From Octopus sinensis (Eukaryota), in contig NC_043014.1 of assembly GCF_006345805.1 (NCBI RefSeq), forward strand, positions 50,406,001-50,470,000: DNA of 64,000 nucleotides, written 5' to 3'. A program made the translations under genes and the position numbers. The first letter of the stretch is position 1; every line of letters starts with the position of its first letter. The notes under the pieces are model-generated. The model had not been told where the DNA came from. It was given only the letters and a program-made list of their open reading frames with translations, and did no database searches. Of this stretch, positions 15,217 through 28,246 are shown one piece after another.

Positions 15217-15769
15217 TATGTATTTTCCCCTGGTTTCTTTTCCTTTCTCCCAATTCTTCCCTACATGTGAAATTCACTTGATACGGAAGCATTTAGAGTC
15301 TTTAATAGAATTCAACTCAAAACAAAATCTTGACGCTGTTAACTCACTCATGGCCCCGCGTCAATATTATTTGGCATCAACAAGAAAACACGAAAATACC
15401 GAAACACAAAAATTAGAGCCGAAAAAAACAAAGAAAAACAAAAACGTAGAATACCGCAAACAAAACGTAAATACAATTTACTTTCTTCTGCAGGCACTCT
15501 CTAATTAATACTTTAAGTCTGTCTTAAGATGCCGTCCAATGTAAAGAGTTCTTATTCTCTCTGCTGACAGTACACACCTAAGCACCTACCCCAACATCTA
15601 TCGAAATATTTAACTGATACGTCGTTCCTCCCCACACCGAACCGACTTTTTTTCTAGAGGGAAAATAAATATTACTTTAACAGTATCAGAACACATCCTT
15701 CTAAAATAAAAATAACTTCAGTAAAAACAAAAAACAGAAATTGATATTACAAAAAAAAAATAAAAAATA

Positions 15770-16243
15770 ATGATAATTCCAATAATATTAATAAAAGAAA
15801 ACACTACAAATTATTGATATTTTTGCTCGTCTTACGGCTATCACTATTAGTAATATTCTTAATAATTGTTGAACAAAGAAGAAAAAGAAGAAGAAGATGA
15901 AGAAGAAGAAGAAGAAGAAGAAGAAAAAGAAGAAGAAGAAGAAGAAGAAGAAGAAGAAGAAGAAGGAGAAGATGAAGAAGAAGATGAAGAAGATGATGAA
16001 GATGATGAAGAAGAGAACAAGCAAAATTTATAATGGCGATAATAATAATAATAACAATAAGAAGACGAAGAAGAAGATGATGAAGAAGAAGAAGAAGAAG
16101 AAGAAGAAGAAGAAGAAGAAGAAGAAGGGGAAGATGAAGGTGATGATGAGGATGATGATGAAGTAGAAGAAGAGGAAGTAGAAGAAGAGGAAGAAGAAGA
16201 AGAAAGCAAAATTTATAATGGCGATAATAATGATAATAGTAAC

Positions 16244-16274
<31 letters not shown>

Positions 16275-16308
16275 GTAATAATAATAATAAACAAAATTTA
16301 TAATGAGG

Positions 16309-16345
<37 letters not shown>

Positions 16346-16440
16346 TAATAATGATAATAACAACAACAAAAACAACAACAGCGATGATGATGATGGTGAT
16401 GATGTTGATGATGATGATGATGATGACGCTGATGATAATG
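15770..16440. repeat. Compound (AAG)/(AAT)/(ATG) array with a repeated 20-bp anchor
   Basis: gcaaaatttataatggcgat at 16021 and 16206, variant at 16291. Confidence 0.9.
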
Positions 16441-17094
16441 TTTGAGTTACGGTTTTTAGTTTCCATTTGTGTCAGGAGATTAGCTGGTAGCAGTATTGAC
16501 TTTTAGAGAAATGACATTTTTGCCCGGAAATTAAATAAAAACATAGTATTTTTTAAAAAAATATTTTCTTTCCTTCTTTATGTATGTTTTATTTGTTTTT
16601 TACTGACAAGAAACACAGGGCAGACATATATGCCCGCTGATGTACATATGAACATAACACATGTATACATAACTCATATATTTAATGTGTGTGTAGGTGT
16701 GTGTTCGTATGCATGTATTTATGTATGTATGTATATCTATACTCTCACACACACACACAGCTGTAAAACATTGCTCACTGTAGGAATAAAAGAATGAGCG
16801 ACATATATACATATAGAAACAAGCATTAAGGTGTATATTGTCATGTTACATTCCCGTATTTTTTTTCAGCCGTTTATTGTGGACCATTGTTGAAAGTTGT
16901 AATAAAATCTGTGGAACAACTATTTTGAGAAGTTTAATATTTCGAGCAGGAACTCTTTGTCGGAGAGAAATGAATCATCAACTTGTCAATCACCTTCTCT
17001 TCTTACAAATCTCCCCCCTTCCACTCTTCCTCTTTCCTTGCCTCATTCCATGTCTTTATCTCTCTGCTCCCTCTTTCTCCACTTTACGGTTCCT

Positions 17095-17186
17095 TCTATT
17101 AGACCCATTCACAAGACTTAAGTCGGCTCGAGGCCAAGTAGAAGAGACCTGCCTATGATGCCACGCTGTGGATTTGAACCTGGAAC
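17095..17186 (-). mobile_element. SINE M fragment
   Basis: cccattcacaagacttaagtcggctcgaggc...gtagaagagacctgcc...tgccacgctgtggatttgaacctggaac matches the reverse complement of the M head/body. Confidence 0.55.
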
Positions 17187-17205
17187 GAAACCTCCCCATA
17201 TTGAC

Positions 17206-17310
17206 TCAAATAATTCGTCGAACCGCGCCCTTTATTCTAGGTCATTAGTGAACGATACAACGCGAAGAGCGCTGGGAAGTGGTCGAAATTGATGAAAATC
17301 TGACGAAACG
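17206..17310 (-). pseudogene. Mariner transposase fragment, same family as the 12.6-13.3 kb relic
   Basis: Reverse complement closely matches 13162-13263 (cagattttcatcaatt..gacc.cttcccagcgctcttcgcgttgtatcgttca). Confidence 0.75.
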
Positions 17311-17891
17311 TCTTACCTCACGGCCAATACTGCGTAGACCGATAAAAGTTTATTCATTCAGATATTTGCCACGAAACGATTGTTGCGTTGAGGAATTCGT
17401 TTTCGACGTAGGAAAAACGTTTGTAGAAGAACTCTAGGAAATGAAATGGCAACTAGCAAGATTGTCACGATTGGTTTTCTCCTGTAATATTATCGATGTA
17501 TTAAACTACAAACGACGATGAATATTTGAAGAATCATATGCATAAAATTACAATAAAATATTTTTTTTTTTTAAAAGCTGCAGAAATGAAGCCTGTAAGC
17601 ATGAGTGTGGGAGATAAAGAGAGATCTGCTTACTACACAGTAATGGGAACTGATTAGAAATATGGAAAGGAAATAAAAAAAAAGAAAGTAAAATGAAGCA
17701 ACAACAAAAAAACTGCAGTCAATTTCCTGGAAATTATTTGAATTTAATAATATCTCATCTGAGAATCGACTTGTTTTCCTCATAATATGATTACTTTGTT
17801 CATTTTACACCAATAGATTAAATATGCACAACAGCTAACGTTGTTGTTGATTTTGACGCCGAAAATTTATGCAACATATATATATACATAC

Positions 17892-17922
<31 letters not shown>

Positions 17923-17934
17923 ATATATATAAAC

Positions 17935-17975
<41 letters not shown>

Positions 17976-17990
17976 CATATATATATATAC

Positions 17991-18021
<31 letters not shown>

Positions 18022-18189
18022 CATATATATATATATGTATTTCTCCTCTCACGTGACCGCTGGTCAACCAGCCTTTCAGCTTCTGGCCGGCGCCGTGAGA
18101 ACATCGTGAGGCATTTTTTTCAAAAATACGCCAGCTAAACTAAGTTGTACTGTCTATAGTCGTAAGACACCCGCTGTTTTTGTCCTGTA

Positions 18190-18410
18190 ATTACTATTAT
18201 TGTTTATTGTATTTTATATTCGTGTGGCATCGTCCTTTTTCCAAGAAATCTAATGCTCGTAGCTTAGTTTTGCCTTGGGGCTGGCCGGATCGGAGCGATC
18301 TCAAGATTAATCAGCCGAAATTGCTAGGATGATCCGGTTCTTGACAGAAGAGTGTTTTTTGTATCGTCTTCTAAATGTTTTACGTTCTTGTCCCAGTTTG
18401 TATTTTTCTA
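18190..18410 (+). mobile_element. Dispersed repeat family P, copy 1 (possibly a Penelope-like terminal repeat)
   Basis: Shares ccaag.aatctaatg..c.tagcttagtttt.ccttggggctggcc...ctcaagattaatcagccgaaattgc with 20.6-20.9 kb and 36.9-37.3 kb. Ends in (TA)n. Confidence 0.6.
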
Positions 18411-18414
18411 CATA

Positions 18415-18455
<41 letters not shown>

Positions 18456-18460
18456 TATGC

Positions 18461-18528
<68 letters not shown>

Positions 18529-19194
18529 TATATATATATTATATGCGTGTGTGTGTATGTTAATATATAATATTCACGAGCAATTTTTATTCTTTTGCGC
18601 GCGTTTCATTAAAAGTAAACGTATGTCCTTTGTGTATGGAATCTTTATCAGTAGCCAATTTTACCACCAAAACGTTTGACCCGTTAACGCTTGCACCTCA
18701 GCAGACTTTGCCGCATATTTTTGTCTTATCTTCAGGTTTCCTAAGCCATCACGTGTTATTTATTATACATATATATATATTTCTTGTAGGCGTCTTCTGT
18801 TTGTTTATTTTGGCAATGTGATGCGATATCGATGACATAATGGAAAATGTTGTTGAGGAGCTTATACATCATGGATGGAGCTGCTCCTTTTAGTAAATGC
18901 ATGGGGAGCCTACGCGAGATCCTTGGTCCAGTATGGCTAATATAAAAGCTGGAGTCATCAAGTTTTAAACCGTCACTTCTATAATTGCGTTTCTAGAAAA
19001 TACGTGTTACTTGGTGGTTTTCTGTTGAATTTAGCAATTAGATATTCAGCGAATGTTATACGGAATACACGCAACTGAAGGATTTTATATAAAACATTTC
19101 GAGAATTTCTGCTATTTGCACGATAGTTTGTAGACATTTTTCTTCCGTTAGTTGTGAAAATACTCTTATACTTCAATAAATTATTACCAGAATA

Positions 19195-19355
19195 GGCGCA
19201 GGAGTGGCTGTGTGGTAAGTAGCTTGCTTACCAACCACACGGTTCCGGGTTTCAGTCCCACTGCATGGCACCTTGGGAAAGTGTTTTCTACTATAGCCTC
19301 GGGCCTTGTCAGTGGATTTGGTAGACGGAAACTGAAAGAAGCCTGTCGTATATAC

Positions 19356-19403
<48 letters not shown>

Positions 19404-19613
19404 ATGTGTGACTGTGTTTGTCCCCCCACCATCGCTTGACAAGTTATGATGGTATGTTTATGTCCCCGTTCCTTAGCGGTTCGGCAAAAGAGACCGATAG
19501 AATAAGTACTAGGCTTACAAAGAATAAGTCCTGGGGTCGATTTGCTCGACTAAAAGGCGGTGCTCCAGCATGGCCGCAGTCAAATGACTGAAACAAGTAA
19601 AAGAGTAAAAGAG
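19195..19613 (+). mobile_element. SINE family M, full length
   Basis: ggcgcaggagtggctgtgtggtaag...gactgaaacaagtaaaagagtaaaagag. Confidence 0.92.
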
Positions 19614-20176
19614 TATACATTTCTGATATCTTTAGGTTGATTGTCGAATTCTAAATCCGCTTAAAAGTTGTGGTTAGTTCAACCAAAGAAAGAAAATATC
19701 TGACCCCCTTTCTTATTCGGTCCCAATCAACCGATTATATTTGTCGTGATATTTTAATCATACACATTTTCATTAGGATATTGGATTTCATTTGATAATT
19801 TCATCAAATTCCACTGTAGTTTAGTGTTTATTGCTTGAGCTTACCTTCACTTATGCCTATATAGATATTCGTGTACCTATTCGAGATTTGTTTTGATGTG
19901 ATTTTAGTGATTTCTCTTTCGTATACGATCACTTGAGCCTACATTAGTGATCGAATGCACACGCATTGATATTCTCTGTATGGTTTTAACTAACGCTGAT
20001 TGGTGTGAGTAGATACGTATTAGGTCTGCAACTGTAACTGTATTTAAAGTTATTCTCGTTGAGTTTTTAATATATTTGTAGTTAATGGGAAACTGTTTAT
20101 TGATTAAAGCCAAAATGTTCATGGAGAAATTCGTCTTTACATTAAACGAGAAAGTGTCTAATAAACCGGGTAATAG

Positions 20177-20214
<38 letters not shown>

Positions 20215-20237
20215 ATATGTATATAGGGAAAGTTCAC

Positions 20238-20500
20238 AAGGCTCAGTCGTTAGAGCGGCGAGCTTATGATCATAAGGTTCTGAGATCGATTCCTGGACTG
20301 GGCTGTGTGTTGTGTTCTTGAGCAAGAGGCTTTATTTCACGTCGCTCCAGTTCACTCATGTATAGAAATGAGTTGCGACGTCACTGGTGCCAAGTTGTAT
20401 CGGTCCCTTTGGATTTCTCTTGGATAACATCGGTGACGTGGAGAGGGGAGTCTGGTATGCATAGGTGACTGCTCGTCTTCCTTAAAAAAACAAGCCTAGG
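20238..20500 (+). mobile_element. tRNA-derived SINE, head B + tail W
   Basis: ggctcagtcgttagag...gatcgattcctggactggg; head-B body ttgagcaagaggctttatttcacgtcgctccagttcactc; 3' part unlike tails X, Y or Z. Confidence 0.7.
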
Positions 20501-20599
20501 TTGTGCGTTCGCCGGTGAGGCGACTTTCCTCCCAGACTTGTTCACCCGGAGGGGAACCCCATAGATACAGCGATGGTATATACATACATATATATATAA

Positions 20600-20899
20600 T
20601 TTTTATTGTATTTTTGAATTTATATTCGTGTAACATCGTCTGTTTTCCGTCCTTGTTTTCATATACATTCGATGCTTCTTTCCAAGGAATCTAATGTTCT
20701 TAGCTTAGTTTTTCCTTGGGGCTGGCCAGATTGGAGCAAGCTCAAGATTAATCAGCCGAAATTGCGAGGATGATCCGGTTCTTGACTGAGGATAAAAAGC
20801 TTCGAATTACCCGTCCGTGTTTTTTTTGTATCGTCTATCTGGATGTTATGTTGTCCCATTTTGTATCACCTAGTTGTCCGGATGTTTTGCGTTCTTGTC

Positions 20900-20900
<1 letters not shown>
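20600..20900 (+). mobile_element. Dispersed repeat family P, copy 2
   Basis: Homologous to 18190-18410 and to the reverse complement of 36945-37260; flanked by (TA)n. Confidence 0.65.
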
Positions 20901-20950
<50 letters not shown>

Positions 20951-21358
20951 AATATATATATATATACGTAGTCAACTACGGCTTATACAGTGTTATTTTT
21001 AAAATATAATATCATTTTCAGCATTACATATCCTGCTAACGCTTTCATTGAGTTTTTTTGAAAGCTATTTATGATTACTATAAGCGTATATAAATGTATG
21101 TGATTTTCTTTCATGAGATTTTTGGGATGTTCGTGGTAAACTCGTAGTTGAATTTAGGATAAAGTTTTCAAAATTAACAAGTATTGATTGCGTAAATGAC
21201 GTCATTTCAAAGCAAATAAAGCATTACTATTGACCTATACAGGTATTACCAACACATAGATCAAAATATATTTTAGTTATATACTTTAGGTCTTAACGAC
21301 CCTTAGTTGAAACATGTTTCGTGATCAGCATAAGGTTATATATTTTAGTTAATCTATA

Positions 21359-21520
21359 GGGACAGGAGTGACTGTGTGGTAAGTAGCTTGCTTACCAACC
21401 ATTGGTTTCGGGTTCAGTTCTACTGCGTGGCCCCTTGGGTAAGTGTCTTCTACTATAGCCACGGGCCGACCAAAGCCTTGTGAGTGGATTTGGTAGACGG
21501 AAATTGAACGAAGCTCGTCG

Positions 21521-21557
<37 letters not shown>

Positions 21558-21780
21558 ATGTTTGTGTGTCTGTGTTTGTCCCCCACCCCCAACATCGCTA
21601 GACAACCGATGCTGGTGTGTTTATTTCCCCGTAACTTAGCAGTTCGGCAAAAAGAGACCGATAGAATAAGTAATAGGCTTACATAGAATAAGTCCTGGGC
21701 GTCGATTTGCTCGACCAAAGGCGGTGCTCCGGCATGGCCGCAGTCAAATGACTGAAACAAGTAAAAGAGTAAAAGCGTAA
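21359..21780 (+). mobile_element. SINE family M, full length
   Basis: Head, internal (TA)(TG) and tail all align to the other M copies. Confidence 0.9.
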
Positions 21781-22560
21781 GATAGAAAAATTCTCACAAA
21801 GGCCACCCACCGTTATATTTCCAAATGCTCCATGCTTCTGTCAAATACCCAAAAGTTTCTAACTGTTTTACGCGGATAGAATCTTTGTCATAAACCAGAG
21901 ATTTTCCACCATGCACCATAATCCCGATCACATTATCTTTCTATAGTATAAGTATTTGAACATTTTAAGCCATTAATGAGAAGGATATACTTCAACGATG
22001 TTGATTTGCAGCAATTTGGCGTCAATTACCTTATTAATATTCTGAAACCAACTGATGGTTATGTAAATATTATTCCATTATGGAAGGTTAGTTACTTTCT
22101 AAATGACGTTATGAATGCTCTTTAAAATTTTCTTGGGAATTAATCCTATTTTAGATTTAGCAGTATTAGTTAATTAATCGGCGTTAATAGATCCAGGGTT
22201 TGCTTAACGACCCTTAGTTGAAATATATGTTTCGTGTTTGACTTCAGGTTATAATATAATATAATTCGTGGGTGTCTTGTTATACCCCACACTTCTTTTC
22301 ATAATGATATGGCTTGCCTTATTATTAAGTTAGTGGCTTGTCAGAATTATTCGCAGTGAACTTCCCGTTATTTAGGAGCGATGTTTCAAAAAGAGGGAAG
22401 CCAATTTTTCTTCCATTCGTTCGATGTCGACCAAGCTAAATACGACTCTAGGCCAGTAAGTAAACGGACGTATGGGAGCTTCACATTTTCTATGTATGTA
22501 CATATATATTTCTGTATATAAATATATATGTATGTGTATATACATGTATACGGAGTGGTG

Positions 22561-22937
22561 GAGGCGCAATGGCCCAGTGGTTAGGGCAGCGGACTCGCGG
22601 TCGTAAGATCGCGGTTTCGATTCCCAGACCGGGCGTTGTGAGTGTTTATTGAGCGAAAACACCTAAAAGCTCCACGAGGCTCCGGCAGGGGATGGTGGTG
22701 ATCCCTGCTGTACTCTTTCACCACAACTTTCTCTCACTCTTACTTCCTGTTTCTGTTGTACCTGTATTTCAAAGGGCCGGCCTTGTCACTCTCTCTGTCA
22801 CGCTGAATATCCCCGAGAACTACGTTATGGGTACACGTGTCTGGTGAGTGCTCAGCCTCTTACACATTAATTTCACGAGCAGGCTGTTCCGTTGATTCGG
22901 ATCCCTCGTCGTCGTAACCGACGGAGTGCTTCCATCC
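22561..22937 (+). mobile_element. tRNA-derived SINE, head A + tail X, 13-bp TSD
   Basis: TGGCCCAGTGG and GGTTTCGATTCCC boxes. Flanked by ATACGGAGTGGTG at 22548-22560 and 22938-22950. Confidence 0.9.
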
Positions 22938-24105
22938 ATACGGAGTGGTGTTCATTAAAGATTTTCCTGACCCACTTCCGTTTAGTGCAGGAAACGAAAC
23001 TTGTATACGTATAATTGTACATATCTCTATATGGCACATTGTAAATTGCAGCTTTCTTCTATTATTCGTTTGTCCTTTACAGCTGCTGAAGTGGACTAAG
23101 GCGTTATAATGGAGGCAATTGGATGCAGATAAGTGATCAGGTTCTTATACTTGAAAGGTCGTACAACGAAAGAGACTTTCGGTTAGAAGAAACAAGTTAA
23201 TGGAGACCATGCACCATCATAGAACGTGGTCAAAGACTGGTATCATCACTTCAAATGTGGTCGGACATTGGTGGAACCTGCTCCTATTCCTGGATGACGA
23301 CATTCCGCCATTGATGACGACGCCATCCATAAATTAGAAGTCAGCAGTTTGGAGGATCACCGCATAACTCTTCCGCAACCAGCCCTAGAGGTGATGGTAA
23401 GTATAGGGTCTGCGGAAAACAATTATTCACGACCATTTTGCATATGCGGAAGTTGATTGTACGATTGATTCCTTGGATGCTCACACCATTTTAGAAGCAG
23501 AAACCAGTCAATTGCTCACAAGTACTATTGGCACTGTGCCAAGAAAACGAGGAGGACATCATCGGCAGACTTATCACTTCGGTAGACATCACTATACTCT
23601 TTTACTCTCTCTTTTACTTGTTTCAGTCGTTTGACTGCGACCATGCTGGAGCACCGCCTTTAGTCGAGCAAATCGACCCCGGGACTTATTCTTTGTAAGC
23701 CTAGTACTTATTCTATCGGTCTGTTTTTGCCGAACCGCTAAGTGACGGGGACGTAAACACACCAGTATCGGTTGTCAAGCAATGCTAGGGGGACAAACAC
23801 AAACACACAAACATATACATACACATACATATATATACATATATACGACAGGCTTCTTTCAGTTTCCGTCTACCAAATCCACTCACAAGGCATTGGTCGG
23901 CCCGGAGCTATAGCAGAAGACACTCGTCCAAGATGCCTACCAACCACATGGTTCCGGAACCATGTGGTTGGTAGGTAAGCTACTTACCACACAGCCACTC
24001 CTGCGCCTATGCTCCTCAGTATACTATGCTCGGTATACTATGCTCCTCGGACTAAAATCCAGTCGAAGCAATGGAAACCTGATAACTCACCACCTCCGCA
24101 TGGAA
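22938..24105 (+). pseudogene. Mariner transposon relic (5' TIR-like end + N-terminal half of transposase), interrupted by a SINE M
   Basis: TA-CGGAGTGGTGTTCATTAAAG resembles mariner TIR starts. From ATG 23109: MEAIGCR*VIRFLYLKG...GDHAPS..VKDWYHHFKCGR...HDHL/HMRKLIVRLIPWMLT...RLITSVD; it resumes after the SINE as YYAPRTKIQSKQWKPDNSPPP. Confidence 0.8.
23596..24007 (-). mobile_element. SINE family M, full length, with an internal 40-bp palindrome
   Basis: Reverse complement of the M consensus seen in other copies; inserted into the mariner ORF. Confidence 0.92.
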
Positions 24106-25226
24106 AATGGAAATGGAAAATCTTCATCTTCGCCTGCTCATCCATTTCCACATTTACTATTTCACTTCATGAAAACGCTATGAATTCAGAATCCTTTGCT
24201 GGCGCAGAAGGGCACCTGGTATCTGGTCGATTCTTTCTAATCATCCTCTGAACTTTCTGTTTAGATACACCTTGATCTATTCCGCCGCCAATGATCATTT
24301 TCGATTTGTCCGTTGACCCTGTAAAAACGTTGGTATCCCTGTGGTATTTTTGCCTCTTCTGCAACTTCAGTTTATAAAGAAGTTGCATTTGCAAAATGAA
24401 ATGTCAAAAGAATGTGTTTGAAACGATGGTACATGTTTTCTATTTTTCACAGATTTTAGTAATGCTTGGTACTTTAGATAAAAGTTTAAGAGTTTCGGTT
24501 TAACTGAATCAACCATAACACAAGGGATGGATACGTTTTGCCGAAGAATAATTATCTTTTCTTCCTACAATCTTGACAATTTGCTCCATTCAAGGACCTT
24601 CCTTAGCTACATTTTTTTCTTTTACTCATCCAAATATAACACATTTTAGTACGCCCTTGTAAGTTGGCAAAACTCGCTCGCTAAGATCCCATGGACTACC
24701 AAATACTAGGCATTCAATATCATGACACGTTATTGACTTACAAATCATCACTAAACGTAAACAACACTAAATTTAGCACGATCATTAATTTTAATAAAAT
24801 GGCCTAAAGTCAAGGAACAAAGCAGGAAACTTCACACACGTACGACGTACGTCCACACACAAGGACCGCCTTGCAGCGGCACTGGAGAGAAGTGCTATTT
24901 ATAGTCAATGTGGAACCTCAAGATACTAGGTACTTAGTATGCAACCTCGCGAAGATAACATATTTACGGTTCTTCATGCTTATAATCCATGAAATACAAT
25001 ATTTGACCAAAGATAGTAATTTTTGAAACTTTTCAACTCTGTTGCGGAGCCTAAAAGTAATATTTAACTACAGAGTTCTTTATGTACCTTTTTTACAACC
25101 GAAATTTGCATCAAAATTTCAATTCCAAGGTACCAATTTCCAATGTTGCATTTTTCGCTCCGCCTTAATATAATATACATATATATATATAATTACATAC
25201 ATATATATATATGAATATATATATAT

Positions 25227-25273
<47 letters not shown>

Positions 25274-25439
25274 AATATATATATATGGATTTGTGTGTAT
25301 ATATATTATATATATATATATATACATGCCGGAATGATATGTTATAACATATAATGATGTGTTATGCTATACTAGCATCACGCCGGAATTTTGTCTATGT
25401 GTGCATATACGTTGCATGTGATTTTTACCATATATGAGA

Positions 25440-26575
25440 ATCATTATATATATATATATACATACATACGTACGTACATACATACATACATGCATACAGA
25501 CATACATACATACAATGCACACAATATACATCACATACATGCATGCATACATAATACATACAATACATACATACATACATACATACATGCACACATACAT
25601 ACAACACACATAATACATACATACATACATACATGCATGCATACATACATACATACATACATACATACATACATACATACATACATACATGCACACATAC
25701 ATACACACATACATACATACGTACATACATACATACATGCATACATACATACATACATACATACAAACATACATACATACATACATACATACATACATAC
25801 ATGCACACATACATACACACATACATACATACGTACATACATACATGCAAGCATACATGCATACATACATACATGCACACATACATACATACATACATGC
25901 ACACATACATACACACATATATACATACGTACATACATACATACATGCATACATACATACATACATACATACATACATACATGCACACATACATACACAC
26001 ATACATACATACATACATACATACATGCATGCATACATACATACATACATACATACATACATACATACATACGTACATACATACATACAAGCATACATAC
26101 TACATACATACATACATACATACATACATACACACACACATACATACATACATACATACATACATGCATACATACATACATACATACATACATACATACA
26201 TACAATACGTACATACATACATACATACAACATGCATGCATACATACACACACACATACATACACACATACATACATACATCCATACTACATACATACAT
26301 ACATACATACATACATACATACATACATACATGCAATACATACATACATAGTACATACATACATACATGCATACATACATACATACATACATACATACAT
26401 ACATACATAATACATACATACATACATACATACATACATACATACATACATACACCATACATACATACGTACATACATACATACATGCATACATACATAC
26501 ATACATAATACATACATACATATACATACATACATACATACATACATATACATACATACATACATACATAGTTAT
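25440..26575. repeat. About 1.1-kb (ATAC)n array with gcac/cgt variants
   Basis: Directly visible; source of the 200-400 aa MYVC/HTYI ORFs. Confidence 0.95.
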
Positions 26576-27510
26576 ACATGTATTATTTTTGTATGTATAT
26601 AATTATAGATTTCTGTTAAGAAGCTTTTACGCGTTTTCTCGCACTTCGACTTAAAATATTGGAACAGTTTTTTTTTTTTCCTTTTCATAGGATTATATTG
26701 ACAAGAATATTAATGCCGTCTCAAGAAGACGAGCACACTCAATCTCAATCGCCCAGGACAACATGCTTAGCTATATTTCTTCAGGTATTGCGCTATGAGT
26801 TCAAATCTCGGGGAAGCTTACGATAAAATATGTACCACTTGAGCCGTGGGTTGGATGAAAATCGCCCTGACCTTTCCCCTGGAAATTTCGAGCCGCGTAC
26901 CAATAATAGTAATATCGCTTTGAAATTTTGGAACAAGACCAATAATGTGAGGAAGAGTCAAGTCTTTTGCGTCGACCTCCAGCGTCCAAAAGTCATGTAT
27001 GTATATGTACCATAGTTTCTAGCGTATGTCTCACGTTTTCTGTTTCCTAAATGGGCAAAAATGGGTCTTACTTATTTAATATAGGATGCTGGGGATATTT
27101 TCGGACTGTTTTCCTTTCTTTATTTCTTTTGTAACCAATTGCTCAACTGATTCCCCATATTTTCATGTGTATTTATTGTATCCCTATAGGGCATTGCGTG
27201 GATTAAGTTGTAGTTTTGGGGGTTGCGCGTCTATGGGCAGCGCTGTTCCTAGTCAGGAAATTACGGTAGACGAATGTGTCATTTTTCTGTGTTAATTATC
27301 CTACATTTTATTGGGGACCACGAATCGTCGATAAAAATTTAAGGGGAATGGTACGTAAATTTTTTTGGAAAAGTTTGAGAACCACTGTCTTATGCTCTAA
27401 CATTTTTCACTCATTGAACAACGGCCATCCTGGAGCACCGACTTGATAATCTAAATGAGGGGGATCAATATTATAAAAGCGGAATGACTTTATCTATATA
27501 CTCGTCTACT

Positions 27511-27720
27511 GGGGCGAGCTGGCAGAAACGTTAGCACGCCGGGCGAAATGCTTAGCGGTATTTCTTCTGTCTTTACGTTCTGAGTTCAAATTCCGCCGAG
27601 GTCGATTTTGCCTTTTGTCATTTCGGGGTCGATAAATTAACTACCAGCTCCGTATTGGTGTAGATTTTATCGAATGGTACGCTCCCCGAAAATTTTGGGC
27701 CCTGTGCCTAGAGTAGAAAA
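27511..27720 (+). mobile_element. SINE family C with alternative tail (C2)
   Basis: Head and centre match 7456. The tail ctccccgaaaattttgggccctgtgcctagagtagaaaa differs from C1. Confidence 0.8.
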
Positions 27721-27897
27721 ACATTTATATACTTGTATTTGGGTTCACAAAAGCATAGTTTCTTGTGATTGATTCCGAAAATTGTTTTAAACGTCGTTCA
27801 GTTTTATTTCAGTAAAACTTATGATGAACAGTAAAATCCAGCCATGGAACACACAATTCTTCTCGCAGACACATTGTGTGTGTGTATATAGAAACAC

Positions 27898-28207
27898 GTG
27901 GAAGCGCAATGGCCCAGGGGTTAGAGCAGAGGACTCGCGGTCGTAGGATCGTGGTTCCGATTCCCAGATCGGGCGTTGAGTGTTTATTGAGCGAAAACAC
28001 CTAAAAGCTCCACGAGGATCCGGCAGGGAGTGATAGCGATCCCTGCTGTACTCTTTCACCACAAATTTCTCTCAGTCTTTCTTCTGTTGGCCTGCTCGCT
28101 TAGCCAGCGGGGCGGCGTCATTCGAAGGATAAAAACAATGCGAACGCATTGTGACCAGCGATACGTAGCAACATCTGATTGTTTGGTGGGCCACGTGATC
28201 ACTTGAT
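27898..28207 (+). mobile_element. tRNA-derived SINE, head A + tail Y
   Basis: Head A as at 22561. Tail cctgctcgcttagccagcgggg...aacaatgcgaacgcattgtgaccagcgat...cacgtgatc shared with 61529. Confidence 0.85.
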
Positions 28208-28211
28208 ATAC

Positions 28212-28246
<35 letters not shown>

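Noticed and set aside
20785-20810. Hammerhead core in repeat family P (CTGAGGA...GAAT)
   Set aside because: GAAT instead of GAAA and no convincing stem II in any of the three copies.
22558-22630. tRNA genes at SINE heads (also at 38, 6641, 27898, 61529)
   Set aside because: A/B boxes are present, but acceptor stems do not close and each head continues into a repeated SINE body.
24167-24394. 75-aa minus-strand ORF in unique sequence
   Set aside because: No recognisable motif; length within chance expectation.
25367-26654. 200-400 aa MYVC/HTYI ORFs
   Set aside because: Artefacts of the (ATAC)n array on both strands.
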